Source: Promethearchaeati archaeon SRVP18_Atabeyarchaeia-1
GTDB taxonomy: Archaea; Asgardarchaeota; Atabeyarchaeia; Atabeyarchaeales; Atabeyarchaeaceae
DNA: 64,000 bases
Assembly (NCBI GenBank): GCA_037308085.1
Contig: CP147779.1
Location: forward strand, 2,560,001 to 2,624,000
Direction of reading: 5' to 3'
The notes beneath the pieces were generated by a model that searched no databases, was not told the origin of the DNA, and worked only from the letters and a program-made list of their open reading frames with translations. Within the stretch, counting starts at the first letter, position 1. Each line of letters opens with the position of its first letter. The translations under genes were made by a program, and so were the position numbers. Of the stretch, positions 30,357-38,042 are shown piece by piece.

Positions 30357-30416
30357 TACGACACCTCTATGGTCGATTCCATGTCGCCTCAGTTAAACTG
30401 CTTATGTGTAGGACAC

Positions 30417-30427
30417 AATTAACTTAT
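30417..30427 (+). repeat. attL core
   Basis: AATTAACTTAT, identical to 41284-41294; followed by the arm GAAACGAACAAAA. Confidence 0.75.
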
Positions 30428-30493
30428 GAAACGAACAAAAAGAGACACAATCTATATATGGTTCCCAGGCGGATCATGCCTGAGGTGATAGGC

Positions 30494-31669
30494 TTGGAGT
30501 TAGAACCAATTCTGCAACGCTGGTTTGACGCTCTCTCTGTTCGGTCTGTTGGAACTGCCAATAACTATGTCCTGAATATAAACTATTTCCTGAGAGATCT
30601 AAACATTGAATCCGCTCAGTCCCTATTGGACAAGTTGCGAAGCGGAGAACTTGACGCTTATGCGATAATGAATCAATATGTTAGCCTCTTGAGCAAAGAA
30701 GGAAAAGCGCCGAACACGATAAGCAATAACCTCAATGCTCTGAAAAGATTCCTAAGATTCAATCGCGTCAAATTTGACCGAGACATGATAAAGGATCAGG
30801 TCATTACGCCAAAGCTATATTCAGTATTCGAGGATAGAATTCCCACGAACGAAGAACTCGTTACTATGTTCAATTCCGCAACACAAAGAGGCAGGGTCAT
30901 TATAATTCTCGGAATTCATGGGCTCAGGGTTGGGGAGATCGGCTCACTCAAGATAAGTGATCTTGTGCTTGACGATAAGATACCGCACCTCAAGATTAGG
31001 AATGAGGTTGCGAAAGAGAAGAAAGGCAGACTTGTCCCGCTGACCCCGCAGGCTGTTGAGGTCTTGAAATCATACTTAGTGATCAGACACGATGACAGCG
31101 ATAAGCTGATGGATATAACGACGGACCGAATCAGAAAGTTCATAATGAGGCTTCTCAAGAAGTGCAAACTTGATGAGCACACCGACAAAGGAATGGACAA
31201 AAGCGTTAAACCGCGTACGATAAGGCGATATAAGCTTCACCCTCACTCACTGAGAAAGTTCTTTGACACGTATCTCAGCGTCGCTGGTGTTGAGCAATCA
31301 TTCAAAGCAAAGCTAATGGGACACAAGAACTACCTGGACGATAGTTACTTCAGAGCTAATGAAGAAATGATTGCAAGGGAATTCGAGAAAGTGATCCCAT
31401 ATCTAACGATGGGGAAAGGAATCAAAATTGAAGACAAGAGGGTCGGGCAACTGGAGAATCAAATGAAGGAAATGCGGAAGATGATTGAGACATTCTCAGA
31501 GATCAAGATAGAGCGCCTCCAGCAGATATATCAGAAAATCCTTGAGGAAGAAGCACTACCCGAACCGAGCAACCCGTCAAAGACAGAGCTTGTGCCGATT
31601 AAAGTGCCGGGCGATCTGATCCAGGAGAAAGCAAAGGGAAAGAAGAGCAAGAAGCCCCCTAGCCCTTAG
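30494..31669 (+). CDS. int: Tyrosine recombinase/integrase
   Basis: GLRVGE (R), AKEKKGR (K), HSLR, LMGH, DSY catalytic set; TTG start at 30494 after GAGGTGA SD (track ORF starts 30404). Confidence 0.93.
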   Translation: MELEPILQRWFDALSVRSVGTANNYVLNINYFLRDLNIESAQSLLDKLRSGELDAYAIMNQYVSLLSKEGKAPNTISNNLNALKRFLRFNRVKFDRDMIKDQVITPKLYSVFEDRIPTNEELVTMFNSATQRGRVIIILGIHGLRVGEIGSLKISDLVLDDKIPHLKIRNEVAKEKKGRLVPLTPQAVEVLKSYLVIRHDDSDKLMDITTDRIRKFIMRLLKKCKLDEHTDKGMDKSVKPRTIRRYKLHPHSLRKFFDTYLSVAGVEQSFKAKLMGHKNYLDDSYFRANEEMIAREFEKVIPYLTMGKGIKIEDKRVGQLENQMKEMRKMIETFSEIKIERLQQIYQKILEEEALPEPSNPSKTELVPIKVPGDLIQEKAKGKKSKKPPSP

Positions 31670-31670
31670 T

Positions 31671-32891
31671 CTATTTTTGAAATGGCAATGAAAAGGTTTC
31701 TGGTTCGTCCTTCGCAACGTCCACGATCCGATCCTCTTCATAGCCGCGCAAGTGCTCTCTGAAGAACAAGTGCAGTTTAGCCTTCTTGCCGGCATTCACC
31801 AGCTTGGTGGTTCCGGCGATCTCTGGGCGAAGCTCTTTGCGAGAAATGGTTACCGAGTTTCGGCTCTCTCGGTAACACTTGAGCGAAACTATTTCGATCT
31901 CTCCGTTCTCAAGTTCTCCTATTCCGTCTGGTTCTCCGTTCCCGCCGAGCTTTCTATACGACTTGAACAGCATGGGCGCTCTGACCCGAGCGAAGAAATC
32001 TTCGTAGGCATGACCTAACTCATAACCGATCTGATATTCGATTGCGTCAATCCATTGCGCTACCGAGGGTTGAGAGATCCCCAGATCATGAGCGATTATC
32101 TTTTGCTTATCACGCTCAAAGTAATAGCGACGATAGGCAATCAATTTTAGACCCAATGCTGTTGGCTTCCCAGTAGCTCCATATACTTCCTTGAGTTCAT
32201 GTTCTTTGACCCAATCCTCAACATTGAAGTCAAAGGTAGGCGAGATATGTTCTGCGAGCTTTCCTTCTCTGAAGATAAAGCTATGACCACAAACATTGAC
32301 CTGCGTGTCCTTGGTGCTTATCGCTGCCTTCTTGAATCTCAGTTCTGCTAAGAAGCTGATAGATTCCCTAAGCGTCCATTTAAGTGTAGGCAAACGAGCT
32401 ATGTCAAGTATTCGCACTTTGTCATCTTTGAGAGCTTGTCGGAATGGGTTATCTTTGCTGATGGCTTCTCGGGGATCGCAAAGAGCGACATAGAATTCCT
32501 CTACTTCTTTGAAGACCTTTTCCATGATCAGATCAAAGTCACTATCACCTTGCTCAGCAATGTGTTTGATAAAATCATTCTTGGCTTGCTTGAAGAACTT
32601 GTTCAAGAAAAATACAGAGTACGAGAAGGAGCCGAACAGCTTACCCCATTTAAGTTGGGTATCAGTTAGATCGGCGGCTTTCGGGTTGGCGCGAATCTCG
32701 CCCAAGTCAGCAACACTCAGAAGCTTATCCGCTAGATCCTCGGTGATCCTATCCTTGCCCCATACAGCGAGCCACTCCGCTATTTCTTTATCAGTCTCTA
32801 GGCAAGCGATATCTTCCCTTTCAGCTTGCGTCAATTCGGGAATATCACTAACTTTGTTCATATCAATATTGACTTGCGATTCATTCACCAA
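31671..32891 (-). CDS. HTH + PD-(D/E)xK-like nuclease domain protein
   Basis: QKIIAHDLGISQPSVAQWI HTH, then GHAYE...GEPDGIG...IVSLKC. Confidence 0.6.
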   Translation of the reverse strand: MVNESQVNIDMNKVSDIPELTQAEREDIACLETDKEIAEWLAVWGKDRITEDLADKLLSVADLGEIRANPKAADLTDTQLKWGKLFGSFSYSVFFLNKFFKQAKNDFIKHIAEQGDSDFDLIMEKVFKEVEEFYVALCDPREAISKDNPFRQALKDDKVRILDIARLPTLKWTLRESISFLAELRFKKAAISTKDTQVNVCGHSFIFREGKLAEHISPTFDFNVEDWVKEHELKEVYGATGKPTALGLKLIAYRRYYFERDKQKIIAHDLGISQPSVAQWIDAIEYQIGYELGHAYEDFFARVRAPMLFKSYRKLGGNGEPDGIGELENGEIEIVSLKCYRESRNSVTISRKELRPEIAGTTKLVNAGKKAKLHLFFREHLRGYEEDRIVDVAKDEPETFSLPFQK

Positions 32892-33310
32892 CCAAGTTCC
32901 AACCCTTTCCTTTTGATTAGGGAGACATACGATTCTGGAATGCCGAACTTTCGACCTATCGCAGTTAGCGTCGTGCCTTTCTTCTTGTTCTTGATAGCGG
33001 CGTAAACTTCTTTCTGATCGATCCTTCCTCTATGTTTGATCGCTCTCTGTTTTCCCGTTCTAGCAGTGCTCTTACTCACGTTATATGCACTAAATTTACT
33101 TGGTTTCAATGGCTTCTTATTCAATGGGGCGAAATACCTTGGCACGAAATACTTGATTGAGCAGTTATCTTTCATGGGATCAGGACAATAGGTTACTTTT
33201 AGACGGCCATCCGGCAATTTCTTAACTTGCGTCTTGACCTTTTGCTTGCGGAGATTCTGAAGGAACTCTTCAATGGCAATTTCCTCATTTGAGAATGCGT
33301 AATCTCTCAT
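32885..33310 (-). CDS. Basic HTH protein
   Basis: C-terminal TLTAIGRKFGIPESYVSLIKR HTH; GGAGG SD. Confidence 0.7.
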   Translation of the reverse strand: MRDYAFSNEEIAIEEFLQNLRKQKVKTQVKKLPDGRLKVTYCPDPMKDNCSIKYFVPRYFAPLNKKPLKPSKFSAYNVSKSTARTGKQRAIKHRGRIDQKEVYAAIKNKKKGTTLTAIGRKFGIPESYVSLIKRKGLELGW

Positions 33311-33344
33311 GATAACGCCTCCTTCATTACCAATTCAATATCAA

Positions 33345-33398
33345 AGAAAAGGGGAAATTAGGAAAGAGAGGGAACGAGATTGGGGAACCGCTCCCTCT
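33345..33398 (-). terminator. Hairpin plus pyrimidine tract after the membrane-protein gene
   Basis: GAGAGGGAACG...CGCTCCCTCTC stem followed on the minus strand by TTTCCTAATTTCCCCTTTTCTTT. Confidence 0.55.
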
Positions 33399-33441
33399 CC
33401 GAACGTGCTTGTCTTAGATCGCGGAGGAACATGAGCTTGAT

Positions 33442-33885
33442 CTATTGCTTCGCGGATTGTCCCGCAACATAAATTCCGCAAGCGTATGCAACGATACCTA
33501 TGATCTCGAACAACGTATATACCCAAGTGGTTGTCAGAGAGAAATCCTCAGTTATGGTAATGATCCCTTGCATTTGCTGCCACATCCAATAGACACCAAG
33601 AAGCGCAAGCCCTGTTATCGCACCGAATACAGCACCCCAACCTTTGCTGTTAGTTCCAAGATATCCGAAGCCCACTGCACCAAAGATCGCTCCCGCAATG
33701 ATGGCACCGAAAATCTCAGCAAGAACAATGAGATCGCCTCCCACTATGTTGGCATAGATTACGTTCCAATCACCGAAGAACGTGATCTGAAGGACGGGAT
33801 ACAGGAATAGTAATGCCGCTACTATCGCACTAAGGAATCCACCAAGCTTCCCGACACTGAAACGATCCTCACAAGCCATTTTCAC
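33442..33885 (-). CDS. Gly/Ala-rich integral membrane protein (4 TM) of the integrated element
   Basis: Four hydrophobic segments with GxxxG-like motifs; GGAGG SD. Confidence 0.75.
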   Translation of the reverse strand: MKMACEDRFSVGKLGGFLSAIVAALLFLYPVLQITFFGDWNVIYANIVGGDLIVLAEIFGAIIAGAIFGAVGFGYLGTNSKGWGAVFGAITGLALLGVYWMWQQMQGIITITEDFSLTTTWVYTLFEIIGIVAYACGIYVAGQSAKQ

Positions 33886-33948
33886 TTATCGCCTCCTAAG
33901 GTCCTCAACCTCATGTGGCTCATTCCTCGCAGATAGATAACGGAATGA

Positions 33949-34125
33949 TTATGCAATAGCCCTCTCGACCAGACGAACCATATTCCCGCAACTTCGGCAT
34001 CGGTGCCAGTGAATAGTATAGGACATTCTTACGTCCTCTCGGATTGGCTCAACTATCGTGTTGAGTTGCCAATCATATCGATTGCCACAAGGACAGACGA
34101 GACCTCGATCAACTTTGTTGCTCAA
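33949..34125 (-). CDS. Small zinc-ribbon protein (58 aa)
   Basis: Hand-translated MSNKVDRGLVCPCGNRYDW...HRCRSCGNMVRLVERAIA; GGAG SD; below the ORF-track cutoff. Confidence 0.7.
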   Translation of the reverse strand: MSNKVDRGLVCPCGNRYDWQLNTIVEPIREDVRMSYTIHWHRCRSCGNMVRLVERAIA

Positions 34126-34285
34126 GTTTATCGTCTCCTCCTATGGTTCGCTCAAGGTCAGCCTTCAATCTAAGCAATGCTTCTCTATTTGTCTTCAAAT
34201 TGTTACATCGTTCCGTGTTCCCACATTTGCTAAGCTTCTCGTCTATCTTAGTCAGCTCTTTCTTGATCTGATCCAAGTTCTTCAT
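34109..34285 (-). CDS. Small helical-hairpin/coiled-coil protein (58 aa)
   Basis: MKNLDQIKKELTKIDEKLSKCGNTERCNNLKTNREALLRLKADLE...; GGTGA SD; ATGA overlap with upstream gene. Confidence 0.65.
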   Translation of the reverse strand: MKNLDQIKKELTKIDEKLSKCGNTERCNNLKTNREALLRLKADLERTIGGDDKLEQQS

Positions 34286-34398
34286 TTGCTCACCTTCTTT
34301 CTTGGTCTGCGCCAATGTTGTGTTGCGAGGAACACTAAGACAGCGATAGCGGGGATCACGAGCAAAGCGAGAGGCTCCGTGGTAAGAACGATGCTCAT
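34282..34398 (-). CDS. Single-TM micro-protein (38 aa)
   Basis: MSIVLTTEPLALLVIPAIAVLVFLATQHWRRPRKKVSK; ATGA overlaps on both sides. Confidence 0.6.
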   Translation of the reverse strand: MSIVLTTEPLALLVIPAIAVLVFLATQHWRRPRKKVSK

Positions 34399-34571
34399 TT
34401 CTTCCTTCGTTCCTCCTTCTCCTTGATCGGCTTGATGACGATTGATCTACCTCTGATCTCAACAGAGACGCACCGAACATTTCTGAGGGGATAGTGTTTG
34501 TCATTCTGCAAGAAAGCGGGAATATGGATGTTCTGTCCACCAACTTCACAAACCTTGGATCTGCCCCTCAA
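34395..34571 (-). CDS. AbrB/SpoVT-like swapped-hairpin DNA-binding protein (58 aa)
   Basis: Hand-translated MRGRSKVCEVGGQNIHIPAFLQNDKHYPLRNVRCVSVEIRGRSIVIKPIKE...; IP-x5-D-x2-YP...V.I.G..IVI.P pattern. Confidence 0.65.
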   Translation of the reverse strand: MRGRSKVCEVGGQNIHIPAFLQNDKHYPLRNVRCVSVEIRGRSIVIKPIKEKEERRKK

Positions 34572-34584
34572 GTTCTTAGCACTC

Positions 34585-34602
34585 TCGATAGAATTCTATC
34601 GA
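34585..34602. promoter_or_regulatory. Perfect 18-bp palindrome, candidate operator
   Basis: TCGATAGAATTCTATCGA just upstream of the AbrB-like start; related GATAGCTCTGCTATC at 34708-34722. Confidence 0.6.
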
Positions 34603-34825
34603 AACTAACTCCGGCTTCTGCGCTCTTAAGCTGGAGCGGAATCCATAGATCGAGAGAAAAGAGCGACGTAACTATCAAGGATATCCGAATGACCCGAGTG
34701 ATAGGCGGATAGCTCTGCTATCGATCTACCAGCTTGTTGGGGATCTAGCGAATTTTGACGGAACACCGCAGAGGTTATATGAGAGTTTTATCTTAATAAA
34801 GAATCGGAATCAGGAGGCTCGATGA

Positions 34826-35146
34826 ATGACAAAGATGATTGGCTTTGCAGTAACAGAGACGGCACATAGAAAACTAAAGACTTACTGCGCTCAGATCGGC
34901 AAATCGATGAGCAGAGTTCTAACCGAGTATTTTCAAGGGCTGCCCGCAACGGCGCCAAGAACGACCAATAACGAAACCCGGCTATCGAATATAGATCCTA
35001 TTAGATTGATAGCCCACGTAGATGAAAGCCTGGCAATCAAGTTTAACAAACATTGCAAGAAAGTTGGCAAGAGTAGGGACAAAGTTCTCGACGAGTTCAT
35101 TCAATCTCTGCCGAAGCGCCCGATCATAGAGGTTAGAGAGAGATGA
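34826..35146 (+). CDS. Tandem ribbon-helix-helix (CopG-like) regulator
   Basis: Two repeats: MIGFAVTETAHRKLKTYCAQIGKSMSRVL and LIAHVDESLAIKFNKHCKKVGKSRDKVL. Confidence 0.8.
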   Translation: MTKMIGFAVTETAHRKLKTYCAQIGKSMSRVLTEYFQGLPATAPRTTNNETRLSNIDPIRLIAHVDESLAIKFNKHCKKVGKSRDKVLDEFIQSLPKRPIIEVRER

Positions 35147-35367
35147 GCAAGACAGATCCTTCTGATTTGCTGCCTGAAGAAATCATGTTGGTAATAGACA
35201 AAATGCTCGCTGCAATCAAGCAAAGGATGGTCGAAGAGTTCAACGTAATACTTCAAGACCCCTACGTCCGAAAAGATGAGCAATTCAAGAACGATGCCAT
35301 GCGCCAACGATATACAGTGCTTGTGCTTCGGAATCGGCTGAAATGGTTGATAGGTGATAATGAATGA
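35143..35367 (+). CDS. Small hypothetical helical protein
   Basis: 74 aa, ATGA overlaps with both neighbours. Confidence 0.65.
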   Translation: MSKTDPSDLLPEEIMLVIDKMLAAIKQRMVEEFNVILQDPYVRKDEQFKNDAMRQRYTVLVLRNRLKWLIGDNE

Positions 35368-37064
35368 GCGATAAAGTCAAGTCTGATCCAGCGGAGGTCA
35401 AAGGCAAGAAGACTGAGATGGATACCTGCGGGGTCATAGGTTGTGCTGAGGTTGCCACCAGAGCCGTCTTCAAGAAGAGGATCGCTAAGCTAACCGAAGC
35501 AGGTCTGCAAGTAAAGACGGAAGGAAAGCACGTTAATCTCTGCGAGAAGCACTACGAGCTTACGAAAGAAGAGGCTGAGAAGGAGAAGCCCAAAGACTGC
35601 AAACCTTGTGGGGTGCTAGATAACGGAACTGTTTTCGAGTCGATTTACCTTGATAAGAAGCCATGCTTCCTTTGTTATGATGGGAAGAAGTTCTATACTG
35701 AGAACTCTGTTTTCGTTGAGGATGTGGAATATTCACCGACGACCAGAGATCAAGTGCCATATAGACCCTACCAGTTCTCACAGGCTGAGATAGATTACTA
35801 TAATGCGAATTCGGCCATCTCTGGTTTTGCGCTATATGAGAAAGTCAAGACGGAATTTGACACATTCATTTGCGCTGAGGATCCAATAATACTATCAAAC
35901 ACGATTAGGACGATAGAAAGCTATGTGCAACATTTGGAGAGCAGCGTAGGTTATGGTGATGTTCTTGGAGCCAAAGGATCAGGAAAGACTAGACTTCTTG
36001 AACTATACAATTACTTGGGTTACAGACCCATGTTCTGCACCAATGCGCCTAGCGCGGATATCTTTCGCTATTTAGGTTTTCATGGCGCAGGTAACGGCAT
36101 GATCCTAGAGGACGAGTGCGATAAGATGGAAGAAGACGTCGAAAAAATGAAGATATACCGATCTGGTTATAGGAAAGGTGCCAAAGTTCCGAGAATGGAA
36201 CAGAGTTTTCGGGGTGGCTTCGACCAAGTATTCTTTCCAACTTATTGCATTAAGGTCTTTGCCGGCATTGATGGGGTTAAGGACACGACTCTTAGGGATA
36301 GATGCGATGATACTCAAATGATTAGGGCTGATCCTTTGAAGGACGAGATCGTAGATGAAGAATCAGCAGAGGAGGGAACGCCTCTGACCCCTGAGTATAT
36401 TGACACGATGCGGTTTGACCTGATAAAGAAGGAGCTACTGGTCTGGAGAATGCAAAACTACCATACTCATTTGCCTGCCGCTCCGAATTTGATCTTCAAA
36501 GGTCGTTTCAAGGAAATATGGAAAGGGAAACTTAGGATCGCCCTTCTAATCGATCCGAATGATCACAAGGTCTATGACCAATTATATGATCACGCATTGG
36601 CTCTATGGAAGGAAGAGGAGGAGAATATTCAAACCAGCATGAACGCTGACCTAGCCAAAGCTTGCATGATCGCTTATTTCAGAGCAGGTCGGAAGGACTT
36701 GTTATTCAAAATTCCCTGGGGGGTTTTTCAGTGGATCGTGGGTGTTGCTCCCATAAATGAGAGTGCTAGAGCAATCGATACGGAGAACTACGGAACTATC
36801 TCATCGAGATGGATTGCCAAAATACTTAGGAATGAATTCGGCTTCAAGACCAAGAGGATATCACTTGGTCTATTAATTCAGGTCCGAGAAGCAGAGGGGA
36901 AGTTTGTGAAGATCCTAAAGAAGTATCACATCAAGACAGACGAAGTCGAGGCGCTCAATAAGAGATTTGAAGAGGAAACACTTGCACCTGCCAAAGACTC
37001 TGCCAAGAGCCTAGAAGATACTTTTGGGAATGCGCCAGATAATGCCGCTGACCAAGCAAAGTAG
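35364..37064 (+). CDS. Zn-finger + P-loop NTPase, putative replicative helicase/Rep of the element
   Basis: CGVIGC...LCEKH Zn finger; GAKGSGKT Walker A; MILEDECD Walker B; SGYRKGAKVPR; KVFAG; LRDRC arginine finger; possible C-terminal wHTH. Confidence 0.75.
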   Translation: MSDKVKSDPAEVKGKKTEMDTCGVIGCAEVATRAVFKKRIAKLTEAGLQVKTEGKHVNLCEKHYELTKEEAEKEKPKDCKPCGVLDNGTVFESIYLDKKPCFLCYDGKKFYTENSVFVEDVEYSPTTRDQVPYRPYQFSQAEIDYYNANSAISGFALYEKVKTEFDTFICAEDPIILSNTIRTIESYVQHLESSVGYGDVLGAKGSGKTRLLELYNYLGYRPMFCTNAPSADIFRYLGFHGAGNGMILEDECDKMEEDVEKMKIYRSGYRKGAKVPRMEQSFRGGFDQVFFPTYCIKVFAGIDGVKDTTLRDRCDDTQMIRADPLKDEIVDEESAEEGTPLTPEYIDTMRFDLIKKELLVWRMQNYHTHLPAAPNLIFKGRFKEIWKGKLRIALLIDPNDHKVYDQLYDHALALWKEEEENIQTSMNADLAKACMIAYFRAGRKDLLFKIPWGVFQWIVGVAPINESARAIDTENYGTISSRWIAKILRNEFGFKTKRISLGLLIQVREAEGKFVKILKKYHIKTDEVEALNKRFEEETLAPAKDSAKSLEDTFGNAPDNAADQAK

Positions 37065-37095
37065 CGCTCTATAATTAGCACTTTTGAGGATCTAG

Positions 37096-37329
37096 AGAGA
37101 ACTGAGTCATCTGGATCATTTGAGTCATTTGGATCATTTGGATCCTCTGAGTCATTCTAGCTAATTGGGCGCTCGGAGACGCGCTCTAGAAGAGGTTCTT
37201 CAAGCTCTAGAAATATGATAGCTCAAGAACCTCATCCCATAAGCGTCTTGGCGGTGCATATTATCGATAATGACTCAAATGACTGAAATGACTCAAATGA
37301 CTCAAATGATCCAGATGACTCAGTTCTCT
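37096..37329. repeat. 61-bp inverted repeat built from 9-bp iterons; putative replication origin
   Basis: Left arm 37096-37156 and right arm 37269-37329; first 36 nt are perfect reverse complements; six TGAGTCATT/TGGATCATT-type units per arm; 112-bp spacer. Confidence 0.85.
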
Positions 37330-38042
37330 GTTTTCTAGCTTGATCTGAAGCCATTAGCTATCATGACCCAGAACACGAGCGCCTCAACCAAATACGTCCA
37401 TCAGATTCTTATCAGATTCCACTGGCTTCGTTTGCGGTCTCTTCCTAGGCATGTGTCCTCTCCTCGATCTCCGAGGCATATAATATTCCCGCTCAGCTAC
37501 TTCCTTCCACGCCGCTGCGCGCTCCTCGTCAGTAAATAAATCAGGCGTTTTCTCTTCCCTCCTTTCTGGTTTATTTCTTCTACAGAGAATGTATTCCCAT
37601 GACTTTAAAACGCTTGTGTGGGAACTCCGAGAGCGCCCGGCATCTAACCATCTTGCTGGTTGATCCAGAACCCTGCGCGCAGTCATATATGTCTCATAGT
37701 ATATCGAGGGGAGGGAAGGCACGAAAGAAATAGAGGGAATGGCTTCGATCCAATAGCCAACCTCAAGGTCATAGGCGATCTATTGCGCCCCCTTGATATT
37801 GTTCTTCTTGGTTGCCTGGAGAGGTTGAGTATCATTACGCACTTATTAGTATTGGAAGCTCGTCTATAAGAGAGCTTCAGAACCTAATGGGATCCCGGCA
37901 TCTGCTCAGAACTCCCGATCGAGGTTATATTGACAGTCGGTAGATGCGATCGCATAGTTAATATATGACCTCCCCTGCCATTGTCAAAAGAACATAAAAT
38001 GGAAAATTAAAGAGGATCTGTAGAGGAACGGGGGGTAGCCAT

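Noticed and set aside
30380-30412. Possible Xer/dif site (GTTAA-ACTGC-TTATG)
   Set aside because: Spacer is 5 rather than 6 bp and the arms are poorly symmetric; the 11-bp direct repeat with a symmetric attP explains the boundary better
30404-30493. N-terminal extension of the integrase ORF given in the track
   Set aside because: Spans attL and a TATA box; a GAGGTGA SD supports the TTG start at 30494
34109-34549. 146-aa ORF from the track
   Set aside because: Only the last 58 codons have an SD-supported start; the upstream part is occupied by two better ORFs in other frames
37096-37329. Possible CRISPR array
   Set aside because: Units are 9 bp, tandem and without unique spacers; no cas genes; better explained as iterons
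37384-37722. 112-aa minus-strand ORF in the element
   Set aside because: No recognisable motif or clear SD; may be real but cannot be supported
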